Virus record (IMG/VR): IMGVR_UViG_3300014203_000001
Location: 1-64,000 of that record
Source of the DNA: a virus
Lineage: Duplodnaviria; Caudoviricetes
Strand: one strand, 5' to 3'
Length of the DNA: 64,000 nt
In this document: piece after piece, positions 1-10,059 of the stretch
Layout: every line of letters starts with the position of its first letter
How positions within the stretch are numbered: the first letter of the stretch is position 1
Program-made: the position numbers and the translations under genes
Notes under the pieces: generated by a model
The model's input: only the letters and a program-made list of their open reading frames with translations
Databases searched by the model: none
What the model was told of the DNA's origin: nothing

Positions 1-2
1 AA

Positions 3-266
3 TGCGAAGATATTATAGATACTACTCTTCCACCACCAATGTATTTGAACTTAGTTAATACCGAACAGATATTCCAATCTGCTAATACAATGGCACAAAA
101 TGCTATGGATATGTATGCAGGTAATGAAGATGCAGAAGTGCAAGCTAGCTTCGGAAGAGGTGTAAAGAAATATTACCTATCGTCATTCATACCAGTAGAT
201 GAGTTTGAAAAGATGTTAGATGCAGCTAGAATGGAAGCTAAACTAAAAGCAGCAGATCAGCAATAG
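3..266 (+). CDS. 3' end of a gene truncated by the window edge (unknown product, possibly portal/structural)
   Basis: Frame is open from base 3 (CEDIIDTTLPPPMYLN...) to TAG at 264-266 and is followed by a hairpin. The product is not identifiable from this fragment. Confidence 0.5.
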   Translation, partial: CEDIIDTTLPPPMYLNLVNTEQIFQSANTMAQNAMDMYAGNEDAEVQASFGRGVKKYYLSSFIPVDEFEKMLDAARMEAKLKAADQQ

Positions 267-271
267 ACAAA

Positions 272-306
272 ATATACCCGTATACCAAATTGGTATACGG
301 GTATAT
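272..306. terminator. Inverted repeat between convergent genes (likely bidirectional terminator)
   Basis: ATATACCCGTATACCA-aat-TGGTATACGGGTATAT. Confidence 0.8.
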
Positions 307-311
307 AATTA

Positions 312-1157
312 TCAAGTCGTAGTAAGAGTAGGAGACGAAGCAGTAACAATACCAGTGCTACCAGGAGCAGGCATATCACCAATAGCTTTATAACCAAACT
401 TAGCATCTTCGAAGATAGTATTAGTATTAATCCAATCTAGGAACGCTTGAGCTTTAGCTGTAATTGCAGGTCCAACAATAGGGAATCCATTGAATTGGAC
501 GTTCAATTCTTTCCAGCCAATCTCGCCTTTTTCTTGATTGTACATACTAGTTTCAGCAGTTGTAGGTTGAGCAGATACGATTAGGTATGCTTTCTCAATC
601 TTCAATACTGTATTATCAGTTACGAAATACAAGAACTGGAATGTTTCATATTCATAACCTGAGTCTGTGATAAGAGCAGTACCACTAGTAGCTCCTAGTA
701 AGCCATTGTAACGTTTTACTTGAGTACGAGGATCTTTAATTCCGCGAAGGAATAGTTCATGTACTTTAGTAATAACGGAACCCTTACGTTCATTATATCT
801 CATACTAAATTGAGATGCAGATTGCATATTTACTTTAGTAATGATATTTAATGTAGAGATACCATTTGTAAGTTCAGAAGTATCTGATTGGATATCCTCC
901 AAACCATCTAATCCTCTAAAATCATATTCTAAAATATGACGATAGATATTGATTAGCTTTGTATACTCTTCATTACTCTTAGCTAATACCGTCAAGAAGT
1001 ATGGGATACTAAGCGTAATTAAGAATGGATAACCAGTTTCAAAGTTATCAAATTGATTAAGATTCGAAAAGTCAGTTACACCACGACCAAGTGTATATGT
1101 CGTAACGTCGCGAGGACTAAGTGTACCAGCAAATATATTATTAATAGTCTCAGCCAT
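312..1157 (-). CDS. Tail tube protein
   Basis: 281 aa, directly downstream of the sheath gene, with RBS AAGGAGG. Size and position are typical of jumbo myophage tube genes. Confidence 0.7.
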   Translation of the reverse strand: MAETINNIFAGTLSPRDVTTYTLGRGVTDFSNLNQFDNFETGYPFLITLSIPYFLTVLAKSNEEYTKLINIYRHILEYDFRGLDGLEDIQSDTSELTNGISTLNIITKVNMQSASQFSMRYNERKGSVITKVHELFLRGIKDPRTQVKRYNGLLGATSGTALITDSGYEYETFQFLYFVTDNTVLKIEKAYLIVSAQPTTAETSMYNQEKGEIGWKELNVQFNGFPIVGPAITAKAQAFLDWINTNTIFEDAKFGYKAIGDMPAPGSTGIVTASSPTLTTT

Positions 1158-1172
1158 TATTTGTTACCTCCT

Positions 1173-3026
1173 TTAAGAATTTTTCAACGCGGTGATTTTG
1201 AAGATTTCTGTTTGTACGAAATCCTTAAACGTTACATTGATAACCGCATAGAAGATTTTATTTGCTTCATAGTTACTATCTTTAGTATAAACCAGCTCAA
1301 TTGTATTGAACTTGGATTTATAGCTTTCGATAATCTTATTGATATCATTCTTGTAAGTTTCCAAATCACTACCAGTGATAAAGTTGTATCTAATCTTAGG
1401 GCATTTTAGACGAATCTCTTTGATAAGCTCTTGAGTCATCATTACATTATGAATCCAAGAAAGCTGTGTTAGCTTAGGTTGGGATGTATATTCTGATTCT
1501 AGAGTAAGAACTCCGCTATAATATGCCACGTAGTTAATCTTTGTATCTTCAAAGAATTGTTTCTGATCTACAGCTGGAGTATTTTTAGGAATAAAATTAA
1601 CAGTTCCCTCAACAACATCCGCAAATACAATAGAATACAGCTGCCCACAAATAGGTCTTGATCTTCCATTCAAGAAATGTTTAACAAATAATGAAGAGAA
1701 AGAATATGGAAGTGTTACTGTAATATCCTTCTTAGTATAAGGATCTTTAACATCCCAGCTATTATGGTAAGTTGCACAGAAACGAGATTTATAATTACTT
1801 GTATTAGCATTATTAATAAGAGCAAGCGAATTCAATCCTAAACCCATATCACGGAAGTATACTAAATCCTCACGGAAAATCGCAAGATTCTCAATAGCCC
1901 GTTTTACTAGAGCAGGATAGTTAGCATCCAATACAGCATCGATTCTACAATTATCTAAATCATAGATATCATCACTAGCATCGCCATTAAATACTTTAAC
2001 AAGTTCAGATGCATATGTACTTGCGTTAATAGGAGCATCTCCAAATAGACCGTTATCTCCACCCATCAATCTAATACCATTGATATTATCTAATTGAACT
2101 GTGTTATCTACAACGATTTGTTCGTATGCTTCTCCATATAGATCGTTACCAAATAATATATCTGAGTATGAAATCTCTTCAAGATCAATTCCAGAAATAT
2201 ATGCAACGTTTTCTATGAATGCATTAATTTCGCTTTCAAAAATACGAGAGCGCATTTGGAAAGATTTTCTAGCAATAACATTCTGAAGAGAAATATTATT
2301 ATCACTTTCAATAATATCTGGATTCAATGTGAATGCCATACTTTCTGATACGTTACCATCTTCAATAACATTTAAGATATATTTTACGTAGTTAACTGGT
2401 CTGCTTGCAGTAGTATCTGGATATAAGCGGAATTTCTTATTAGAAACACCACGACCATTATCTGCAAGTAAGAACAGCGCATATTGATCATCCTCACCGA
2501 TAGCTTTAGTATGACCATTATCAGCTAAGAATGCAGAACCGAAAGATGGAAGATGATTACCTGCAATACTAACTGTTTTTAATTCATATGAAACTTGGCA
2601 CCTTTGAATCATAACAGGAGTCGTTCCAATAGGATCTACTGTTTCATCGGTACCATCAGTAGTATAAAGTAAATTACCATTTTCATCTTCTTTCTGAACA
2701 AGAAGCTTAGATACTTTAGCGACAACACCAATATTTGCAAGAGTAGCATCTTCTGCAACAATACGTTTGCAGAAAAGTTTACCACCAGCATTGATAACTT
2801 TAGCAGATTGAATTAGAGTTTGACCATGTTTTACAAAGGATGGAGTATACCCATACAATTTAAAAAACTTTTCACCCATTAAACCATTTTGAAATTCTTC
2901 AGGACCTTTATCGGCAGAAAAACCTGCCATACATATAGGACGGTCAAGTGTATCCTCGGCTGGTGCTTCTAACGGATTGATATCACTTTTATCATCCCAG
3001 ATAATTTTGGTTGATGCATATGCCAT
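1173..3026 (-). CDS. Tail sheath protein
   Basis: Sheath-like motifs (FFKLYG...KHGQ, IDAVLDANYP, C-terminal LSWIHNV...IRYNF...INVTFKDFVQTEIFKI). Start revised to ATG 3026 (MAYASTK) behind AAGGAGG. Late promoter upstream. Confidence 0.8.
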   Translation of the reverse strand: MAYASTKIIWDDKSDINPLEAPAEDTLDRPICMAGFSADKGPEEFQNGLMGEKFFKLYGYTPSFVKHGQTLIQSAKVINAGGKLFCKRIVAEDATLANIGVVAKVSKLLVQKEDENGNLLYTTDGTDETVDPIGTTPVMIQRCQVSYELKTVSIAGNHLPSFGSAFLADNGHTKAIGEDDQYALFLLADNGRGVSNKKFRLYPDTTASRPVNYVKYILNVIEDGNVSESMAFTLNPDIIESDNNISLQNVIARKSFQMRSRIFESEINAFIENVAYISGIDLEEISYSDILFGNDLYGEAYEQIVVDNTVQLDNINGIRLMGGDNGLFGDAPINASTYASELVKVFNGDASDDIYDLDNCRIDAVLDANYPALVKRAIENLAIFREDLVYFRDMGLGLNSLALINNANTSNYKSRFCATYHNSWDVKDPYTKKDITVTLPYSFSSLFVKHFLNGRSRPICGQLYSIVFADVVEGTVNFIPKNTPAVDQKQFFEDTKINYVAYYSGVLTLESEYTSQPKLTQLSWIHNVMMTQELIKEIRLKCPKIRYNFITGSDLETYKNDINKIIESYKSKFNTIELVYTKDSNYEANKIFYAVINVTFKDFVQTEIFKITALKNS

Positions 3027-3079
3027 ATTAAGTTCCTCCTTTAATTTATTACAATTATTTACCGCACAGGCGGTAACTT

Positions 3080-3091
3080 TATTCATATGTT
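3080..3091 (-). promoter_or_regulatory. Late promoter AACA-N6-TA (sheath/tube operon)
   Basis: AACATATGAATA on the minus strand, followed by leader hairpin TTACCGC-CTGT-GCGGTAA. Confidence 0.75.
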
Positions 3092-3145
3092 AGAATGTAC
3101 TATATCTACTTAACCATTAGAAGTATTATAGAAAATTATATTTGG

Positions 3146-3205
3146 TTATATATTATAGTATTGAGCAATAATAAATTGCATCAAAAATAATAGGAGAGAT
3201 GTAAA
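3146..3205 (+). promoter_or_regulatory. Early promoter plus conserved leader cassette (family A)
   Basis: TTATATATTATA-gtat-TGAGCAATAATAAATTGCATC...AGGAGAGATGTAAA before ATG. Near copies at 17139-17207, 50440-50503 and 57129-57193. Confidence 0.8.
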
Positions 3206-3760
3206 ATGAGTAAAGAAGTTAAAGGTAAGGAAAAACATTACGCTACAGGATTTCTCGCAGTGGATATTGTGAATGGTATAACCCCGAAAGAATATAAGAT
3301 AGGCAAACATTTAAAATTTGGAATTAAAATATTGCAAGTAGGAGATAAGACTGATATTAGAAATGAAGATAAATATATATGGTTAAAAGACGGAATATCA
3401 AGAGAAAAAGCAGAAGAGGTTGCTAATAATTTTCTCAATGAATTTTTATTTACAAGCCCAGTAGAACCATTCTATCCAGAGCTGAGACTTATCAAATATA
3501 ATATGAATATGGAATTAAAATCAGATGGGCGGTTTGCTGGTACAATTATTGGTATTAGGTTTGATTTCGAATTCAGTATAGAAGAAAATACAGATATTGA
3601 AGGATTGACAAAGGCATTATCTGGAGATCATTATGGAGAGAACGGATATGATGATATGAGAGGGTTTGGTGTGTTTAGTATTATAACACACCCAAACGTA
3701 TTTCCAGAAATTATTTCTATAGAGCAAATTCCGTTAGAAATTGTAAAAGGAGAGATATAA
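3206..3760 (+). CDS. Hypothetical early protein
   Basis: 184-aa ORF with RBS GGAGAG behind an early promoter. Confidence 0.8.
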   Translation: MSKEVKGKEKHYATGFLAVDIVNGITPKEYKIGKHLKFGIKILQVGDKTDIRNEDKYIWLKDGISREKAEEVANNFLNEFLFTSPVEPFYPELRLIKYNMNMELKSDGRFAGTIIGIRFDFEFSIEENTDIEGLTKALSGDHYGENGYDDMRGFGVFSIITHPNVFPEIISIEQIPLEIVKGEI

Positions 3761-3763
3761 AAA

Positions 3764-4093
3764 ATGGCAAAGAAATTTATATTAGCTAATAATTATGAAG
3801 AGGTAGCAAAAGAACTTAATGAATTTGTTAACGGAGATAAATTTACTTTAGCATTAGGACGGGTAGATTCAGTAGATGATTTATTAAGTTTTAAAGCTGA
3901 GAAGAGATTTGATAATATAGAGGTACAAAAATTATCATTTAAAACAAAACAAGGAACTCATGGTATCATAGTAGATTGGGGAGATAGCGGTATGGGGTTT
4001 GGTATTGGAGAACTAATCATAATAGATAATGATTCCATATATCGTATCCCGCAAGGAGATGTTGATACTGATAAGTATACTAGAGTGAAATAG
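3764..4093 (+). CDS. Hypothetical early protein
   Basis: 109-aa ORF with RBS AGGAGAG, followed by a terminator. Confidence 0.8.
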   Translation: MAKKFILANNYEEVAKELNEFVNGDKFTLALGRVDSVDDLLSFKAEKRFDNIEVQKLSFKTKQGTHGIIVDWGDSGMGFGIGELIIIDNDSIYRIPQGDVDTDKYTRVK

Positions 4094-4111
4094 AATTGTA
4101 AGACAGTAGAT

Positions 4112-4148
4112 ATACCACTACGCTATTAGCGTAGTGGTATTATTTTTT
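4112..4148 (+). terminator. Intrinsic terminator
   Basis: ATACCACTACGCTA-T-TAGCGTAGTGGTAT followed by a T-run. Confidence 0.8.
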
Positions 4149-4170
4149 GTAATACCTTTATATTTCAATC

Positions 4171-4225
4171 ATATATTATATAAGTGAACAATAGTAAAAT
4201 ATTGTATCTTGTAAAGAGGTGATTT
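4171..4225 (+). promoter_or_regulatory. Early promoter plus leader cassette (family B)
   Basis: ATATATTATATAAGTGAACAATAGTAAAATATTGTATCTTGTAAAGAGGTGAT; about 53 bp with 2 mismatches to the minus-strand copy at ~55481-55533. Confidence 0.8.
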
Positions 4226-4405
4226 ATGATGATAAAAAGATTTGTCGTAGAAGTTAAATATATCGATGTTGAAAAAATGAATGATCTTATCGAGGTGGAA
4301 GCTTCATCTGAAGATGAAGCTTTAAAGAAAGTAGATGCGATTTTAGAAAAAACAACTAAATTCGATTACATATCCTGGATTTGGAATCTGGAAGAAAAGA
4401 GTTAA
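4226..4405 (+). CDS. Small hypothetical early protein (59 aa; not in ORF track)
   Basis: MMIKRFVVEVKYIDVEKMNDLIEVEASSEDEALKKVDAILEKTTKFDYISWIWNLEEKS, with RBS AGAGGTGA. The stop lies inside the palindrome GAAGAAAAGAGTTAACTCTTTTCTTC. Confidence 0.75.
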   Translation: MMIKRFVVEVKYIDVEKMNDLIEVEASSEDEALKKVDAILEKTTKFDYISWIWNLEEKS

Positions 4406-4421
4406 CTCTTTTCTTCTTTAT

Positions 4422-5153
4422 CTATTCTCCCATTAATACTTTTTCTAAAGGCGAGTTTATTTTTTTATCATTCATCATAGATTGTACTATAGACTCATCA
4501 AAGTTCTCTGATGTTAATGCTGAATATGCACTTACCATTTTAGATACATCTTTAACACTAATAGGTTGATAGTCATGCATATTAGAAGGCTTAGATAATC
4601 TAAATGGAGTATTGATGTCTTTAGTACTCCTACAAAGTTCTGATAATATTACCCCGAAGATCTGTATATTGATACCATAGCTATTGCCATTAATACTCAT
4701 ATTCTCTATGAAATAGTTCTGTAGAGTATCATATGGAATTGTATTAGGAATATTACCAGTAATCATAAATAGATTAACTAGATCTTCTACATTCTCTATC
4801 TCCTGTGGAACTTTAGTTTCGACAATTATAGCATCGTCTTTCTTATATCTAAACAATCTATAATCTTGAGGTTTAGAAGATGATAATATCTTTACATTTT
4901 TAATCTTATCTATCTGGTATGGTTTAGTAAGAAATCTAGTAGGATAATTAAACTGTTTTAACTCTGATTTCTTACCACTCTTATCTTCTATAGCGTAATC
5001 TAATACTCCTAGGATATTGATATAATCTCCGACCATGAAAGCAGTCTTAAGATCAAAATACTTCTCAGGAACATAGAAAAAGAACTCTCCATTACCATCA
5101 AAGAGAATAGCTTTATCTTTTCTTTTTAGAAACATCGGTAGTCTATCTGCCAT
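4422..5153 (-). CDS. RNA polymerase beta' C-terminal fragment (probably virion RNAP)
   Basis: YGINIQIFGVILSELCR and SAYSALTSENFDESIV...SPLEKVLMG resemble the beta' C-terminal HIEVIVRQM and SAASFQET...ENVI.G segments. Lies in a late operon. Confidence 0.6.
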   Translation of the reverse strand: MADRLPMFLKRKDKAILFDGNGEFFFYVPEKYFDLKTAFMVGDYINILGVLDYAIEDKSGKKSELKQFNYPTRFLTKPYQIDKIKNVKILSSSKPQDYRLFRYKKDDAIIVETKVPQEIENVEDLVNLFMITGNIPNTIPYDTLQNYFIENMSINGNSYGINIQIFGVILSELCRSTKDINTPFRLSKPSNMHDYQPISVKDVSKMVSAYSALTSENFDESIVQSMMNDKKINSPLEKVLMGE

Positions 5154-5166
5154 TGATTATTCCTCC

Positions 5167-5781
5167 CTATCTAAATAAGTTTAAAAGCCATTGTTTATCT
5201 AAAGAGCCGAACTCTTTGCTTTCTTGCAATAATCTTAGTACTAGGCAATTCTTAGCTTTAAAGTTAGCTCCATTCTCCACTAAAAATCTAGCAGTTTCAT
5301 AATATCCAAATCTACATGCTAGAATGAATCCCATCTCATCGTTGATATTTGGATCTACATTATAAGAGCCAATCATATACTTAACTGCCTTTAGGTTTCC
5401 ATGCCTACACGCTATAGTGAAGATCATCCCATCTTTACCACTAGGATTTACTTTATAAATATCACATAGAGTTGTTAAAATATTAACCATCTTAATACCA
5501 CGGATTTTAGTTAGACAATTTATGAGAAGATCATCTAAATTAACATCACTACTCTCATCTAAAGCTCTTCTGAATGTATACACATCATATTGCTCAGCAA
5601 TTATAGTTAGAGTTCTATCAGTTAATCTTTTAGGATAGTTTTCGATTATGTATTCCACAAGCTCTTTACTCTTAATTTTATCCAATGCATCGCAGAATAA
5701 ATCTTCTTTAGTTTCATAGTCTTTCTTATTCAATCCATTAGCGAATAATACTCCATAAAATTGCTGTTTGCTTGTAATCAT
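5167..5781 (-). CDS. Ankyrin-repeat protein
   Basis: IACRHGNLKAVKYMI and LACRFGYYETARFLVENGAN fit the ankyrin consensus. Start revised to MITSK behind AAGGGAGAG. Confidence 0.75.
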   Translation of the reverse strand: MITSKQQFYGVLFANGLNKKDYETKEDLFCDALDKIKSKELVEYIIENYPKRLTDRTLTIIAEQYDVYTFRRALDESSDVNLDDLLINCLTKIRGIKMVNILTTLCDIYKVNPSGKDGMIFTIACRHGNLKAVKYMIGSYNVDPNINDEMGFILACRFGYYETARFLVENGANFKAKNCLVLRLLQESKEFGSLDKQWLLNLFR

Positions 5782-5835
5782 TATATTCTCTCCCTTAAAT
5801 AAAAGACTATGGAAATAATCCATAGTCTTAAAATA

Positions 5836-7098
5836 TTATAGATTTACTGTACCGATATTACTATCAACACCATTAACCGAACTATCTGTTACGATTAACC
5901 CATCCATAGAACCAGTAGGAGTTGTAGGGGTATTTGTCGCTTCATTATTAACTACTGTAGAATAGGTGCTACCATTAGATACTTTAACACCAATTATCCC
6001 ACCTGTAGTAGTTCCTCCTACAGTTGTCCCGCCAATATTAGTACCGCCAGTTATTGTACCTCCCACTATACTAGTTCCAATAGTAGTACCACCAGTTACA
6101 ATACCTCCTATAACTACCCCACCAGTAATGATTCCGCCAGTAGTAATACCATCTGTAATGATATATGTCTCACCATCAATATTACCAATAGCAGTTCCAC
6201 CAGTTACCGTACCACCAGTAGTAGTACCACCAATAGCAATATCTCCAGTTACAACAGCTCCAATTGTTTTCATCGCAGTACCAGTGCCAGTGCCATCGAC
6301 AACAGTAGAGTTTACTAGAGTAGGATCTAATACTATACCACCACTAGTTTTTCCTCCCACTACAGTAACGTTCAATATAATAGCACTATTTATTTTAGAT
6401 GCTTCTACTGTAGCGCCAGTAGTAACGCCATTTGTTGTAGTGCCGCCAGTTACTTTATAAGTTTCACCTACAGGAATGATACCATTAACTATTAGACCAC
6501 CTGTAATAATTCCACCTGATGTTGTTCCATTTATAACAACTATATTATGACCATTAGAATTCGTACCAGTAGAAGTCCCGCCAGTAGTATCTCCTGTAAT
6601 GGTTCCTCCTGCTGGAATAACAGTAGGATCGGTGCCTCCAGTAACGTCTCCTTTTGTAATATTACCATTTGTATCTATAGTTGCATCTGTTATGATTACA
6701 TTAGTTACAGTGCCAGTAGATGTACCACCAGTATGTTTGCCGCTGTTAATGGTGGTATCTTCATCTGCATATTTAATAAACTTCTTAATATCTCTTAGCT
6801 GAGATGTTTTGATAGTCTTTACATTATATGCATAATTAGCAGATCCATCGATCTTTATAACATACTCTTCTTGTGCCATTGGATAGGTCTTCTCAACAAG
6901 AGAATTTATCTTAGCAATACCTATAATCTTACCAGTAATTTTATTCAGATTAGCATCTTCTAGATAGGTAATACTATACATGACACCCTTTTCTAGACTA
7001 ATAGAAAAATCATTAGTAGAATCGGCAAACCTAAGAGTTACATCTAGTTTTAATTCAGGAACTGTCTCTACTTCCATTAAAGTAAAATTTGTATTCAT
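5836..7098 (-). CDS. Gly/Thr-rich repeat protein, probably virion structural
   Basis: Long run of 5-residue GG(T/I/V)(T/I/V)(T/I) repeats; late promoter at 7118-7129; RBS AAGGAGG. Confidence 0.7.
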   Translation of the reverse strand: MNTNFTLMEVETVPELKLDVTLRFADSTNDFSISLEKGVMYSITYLEDANLNKITGKIIGIAKINSLVEKTYPMAQEEYVIKIDGSANYAYNVKTIKTSQLRDIKKFIKYADEDTTINSGKHTGGTSTGTVTNVIITDATIDTNGNITKGDVTGGTDPTVIPAGGTITGDTTGGTSTGTNSNGHNIVVINGTTSGGIITGGLIVNGIIPVGETYKVTGGTTTNGVTTGATVEASKINSAIILNVTVVGGKTSGGIVLDPTLVNSTVVDGTGTGTAMKTIGAVVTGDIAIGGTTTGGTVTGGTAIGNIDGETYIITDGITTGGIITGGVVIGGIVTGGTTIGTSIVGGTITGGTNIGGTTVGGTTTGGIIGVKVSNGSTYSTVVNNEATNTPTTPTGSMDGLIVTDSSVNGVDSNIGTVNL

Positions 7099-7117
7099 TT
7101 TCTAACCTCCTTTTAAT

Positions 7118-7129
7118 TACTCAAATGTT
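7118..7129 (-). promoter_or_regulatory. Late promoter AACA-N6-TA
   Basis: AACATTTGAGTA directly after the palindrome AAGGCTACTGGATATCCAGTAGCCTT. Confidence 0.75.
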
Positions 7130-7161
7130 AAGGCTACTGGATATCCAGTAGCCTTCTATTT

Positions 7162-8544
7162 TTATACACTATGTAATGTAGTATGTCTTTTCTCTAATTC
7201 ATTAAATAAATTCTTAAGATTTTGAATAGCTTCATTAGAGAAGTCAGTCTTCTTATTCCCTGTCCTAGCCAAGGTAATGATGTTTCTTACTGAGTTATAT
7301 AAGAACCATGTTCCTGGTTTGTCGTTTGCATTGATATTTTTAGATACTTCCATAAGCATGACAATATACGCTTTGATTTGATTTTCATTTACTTTCAATA
7401 CATTAGGAAGTTCAGTAAATAAGCATTTAATAGGAGAGATTCTTAATACACTTCTACTCATAATGAAATCATAATCACTGCAGCATCTTTCATATCTTCT
7501 AACTTTCTTTTCAATTCTCTTGATAAATAGATCATCTTTGAGAAGTTCTAATTGTCTAGAGAAAGTGTACGCATCTGTATATGCTTTAGATACAGCTAAT
7601 AACTCAGCTTTCAATACGGGATCGTCTGTAATTAATTCTGCTTTAGCAATAAGATCTTCTTCCATCTGTTTACGAGTATGCTCTGCATACATATCAACAA
7701 TTTCAGGAAAAGCAATCGCTTTTTCTAAATCATCTTGAAATGCTTTGCACTCTTTATCTAAAGACATCTCATCGAGAAGAGCACCAACTAACATTCTAGA
7801 ATAATTGTTAATAGCTTTAGCACTTCTCACATTCATAACCTTACAATTAACTGCGATATTATCATAGATTCTCTTAGGAAGAGCAGCTGCTACATTAAAC
7901 GACGGATCTGCTTTAGCTCTAACTGCAATATTATAAATCTCCATAGCTTCTTCATCTGACATTTCTCTTAGCATCATGCTATTAATAACATTAGCATCAT
8001 TCTTAGGATCAAATCCTTCTGGTGCCAATACTGTTCCTTCACCTTCCTGAATATCAGTAGCTTCAGAAGCAATAGCTGCTCTCAATTCTTCATCAGACAT
8101 ATCGGCAATTTCATCTGCTAGTTTATCATTAGGCGGTTTATTATCAATATCATCTTTCTCTTTATCTAGAAGAGCTTGCCTTTCAAAGATATTCATAGGT
8201 AACACCCCTTCTTTTATAGCGGCTTCTACCATAGGAGTGAATCTTTCTTTAGCCTCTTCTAATCCTTTATCTAGTACATTTAGCATATTAGTTGATACTT
8301 CTTCATATGCAATAGATTTTTCTGAAATGATATTAGTATCCAATTCTGTAACTGGAACTGAAGTTAACATTTCACCTTCTGCTAATACTCTAGGTTTAAT
8401 TTCTGTTTCGTTTGTCATATTCATTTCTCCCTTAAAATTATTATATTCATCTATTATACCTTCATTCTCTACAGATATTCCATCTTCTACTATATAAAAT
8501 TGGTATGGAGCGGTGTGACCACGCAACATTTCTTCTTTAGTCAT
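7162..8544 (-). CDS. Hypothetical protein (acidic N-terminus, helical)
   Basis: 460-aa ORF; true start may be internal (MNMTNET behind AAGGGAGA). Confidence 0.75.
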   Translation of the reverse strand: MTKEEMLRGHTAPYQFYIVEDGISVENEGIIDEYNNFKGEMNMTNETEIKPRVLAEGEMLTSVPVTELDTNIISEKSIAYEEVSTNMLNVLDKGLEEAKERFTPMVEAAIKEGVLPMNIFERQALLDKEKDDIDNKPPNDKLADEIADMSDEELRAAIASEATDIQEGEGTVLAPEGFDPKNDANVINSMMLREMSDEEAMEIYNIAVRAKADPSFNVAAALPKRIYDNIAVNCKVMNVRSAKAINNYSRMLVGALLDEMSLDKECKAFQDDLEKAIAFPEIVDMYAEHTRKQMEEDLIAKAELITDDPVLKAELLAVSKAYTDAYTFSRQLELLKDDLFIKRIEKKVRRYERCCSDYDFIMSRSVLRISPIKCLFTELPNVLKVNENQIKAYIVMLMEVSKNINANDKPGTWFLYNSVRNIITLARTGNKKTDFSNEAIQNLKNLFNELEKRHTTLHSV

Positions 8545-9320
8545 AATTGCATACTTCCTGTTTTATTTGGTGAACAAATACGTTGGATCTCTAATCTAAT
8601 AGATGTGATGATTAAAGGATAGATATGTGGATTACCTAACAAAGCACAATATGCAGATTGGTATAGACTAGTATTTGGAAACACATGCTGTGTAAATAGA
8701 TTAGTAATAATGATATTATTACCATATACGTAGTTTAGAATAGTTTCCATAGTTATATCCATTTGGCTCATATATCCAATAACTTTGGTAAGTTGTGCAT
8801 TGATAAGACCAATCTTAGGATCAGAATAGGTTTTCTTGCTATAGATAGTACTAGTATCTTTAGACTTCTTATCTGCATCTAGACTAAGTGCCTGATAAAT
8901 CCCATCCTTCTCTTTGATGATAATATTAGAGAAGAAAGATGAAATATAGATATTGTAATTGGAGATAAAGAAGTCATAAATAAATTTAGCTAGTATAAAC
9001 AGATCTACAGTTTCGTCATATTTAACCTCTAAACCAAACTCTTTACTAATAATATCAATGATTTCTTTATATGTTTCATCTCTCACATAGATGATATTAT
9101 CCTTATCTGATGGATATTGTACCAGAAGAGTTTTGAATATATCTTCATAAGAAATTATCAAATTAGGTTTAGATGTGGCTTCGAATGTTGTATGTCTTTG
9201 TTGTAATATATCAGTGATAACACCGTATATATACTCTGTGCTAAAATTAGATAAAATGGTCGATACTTCAGTTTCTGCTTGAATATTGTAAGCTTGTGAA
9301 TTTGCAATAAATGAACTCAT
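8541..9320 (-). CDS. Hypothetical protein
   Basis: 259-aa ORF with RBS AAGGAGG; GACA-N6-TA late-like motif at 9348-9359. Confidence 0.8.
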   Translation of the reverse strand: MSSFIANSQAYNIQAETEVSTILSNFSTEYIYGVITDILQQRHTTFEATSKPNLIISYEDIFKTLLVQYPSDKDNIIYVRDETYKEIIDIISKEFGLEVKYDETVDLFILAKFIYDFFISNYNIYISSFFSNIIIKEKDGIYQALSLDADKKSKDTSTIYSKKTYSDPKIGLINAQLTKVIGYMSQMDITMETILNYVYGNNIIITNLFTQHVFPNTSLYQSAYCALLGNPHIYPLIITSIRLEIQRICSPNKTGSMQL

Positions 9321-9395
9321 TTTTAAACCTCCTTGTATTAATTCGATTATACTACTGTCTGTGATGATATAAAAAATAAAAGGATGCTAATCCTT

Positions 9396-9689
9396 TTATT
9401 TATTTTTATACTCTCTAATAATAAATGTACTTTTACCTTCATGAGAGGGGGCATTTCTATAATACTCTACGACTTCATATTCTTCGGCTTTTTCGTCATC
9501 TCTCATTGGTCTTGTTGTAATAAATAGATGATCCCCGTACCTGTTAATAACAGTATTAACTAATTTGGTATTAGGGGCTAAATCTTTTATTATCTTACTT
9601 TCCTCACTGGGTTTTGTCGTCGTATTATTGTTACACCCTGATATTAATGCACTAATTAGGATAAGTGCTATAATTAATAATTTTTTCAT
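9396..9689 (-). CDS. Putative lipoprotein
   Basis: MKKLLIIALILISALISG-C is a signal peptide II with lipobox; RBS GGAGGG. Confidence 0.75.
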   Translation of the reverse strand: MKKLLIIALILISALISGCNNNTTTKPSEESKIIKDLAPNTKLVNTVINRYGDHLFITTRPMRDDEKAEEYEVVEYYRNAPSHEGKSTFIIREYKNK

Positions 9690-9907
9690 CTTTCTATTCC
9701 CCTCCATTTTTGTATAAGTATAATACCTATTAAGATAACACTAATCAATGATATCAATCTTATATATGTACCTACATCAAAAAACAATGGTACTACTGCA
9801 AATATACAATATACAATATATTGCACGGTAATAAAGTTTTCTTCATCATTCAATAATAGTAATAGTAATATAACTAGATAACAAATAAAAAATATTATGC
9901 TAAACAT
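9686..9907 (-). CDS. Small membrane protein (about 3 TM segments)
   Basis: 73 aa, almost entirely hydrophobic; RBS AAGGAGG. Confidence 0.7.
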   Translation of the reverse strand: MFSIIFFICYLVILLLLLLNDEENFITVQYIVYCIFAVVPLFFDVGTYIRLISLISVILIGIILIQKWRGIER

Positions 9908-9909
9908 AT

Positions 9910-10047
9910 CTAAGACCTCCTTACAATATAACCAGTCAATATAACAATATTAGATGCTATTATTATATAAAAATCGTCCATATTAACCCCGACGAGTAAT
10001 AATATTAATGCAGATATATAACACGCTAAAATAAACTTTGCTTTCAT
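9910..10047 (-). CDS. Small membrane protein (45 aa; not in ORF track)
   Basis: MKAKFILACYISALILLLVGVNMDDFYIIIASNIVILTGYIVRRS, with RBS GAGGAGG. Confidence 0.65.
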   Translation of the reverse strand: MKAKFILACYISALILLLVGVNMDDFYIIIASNIVILTGYIVRRS

Positions 10048-10059
10048 TATATAGCCTCC

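Noticed and set aside
5966-6802. Plus-strand Pro/Val-rich ORFs (164, 83 and 67 aa)
   Set aside because: Antisense shadows of the GGT-repeat gene; no RBS or promoter.
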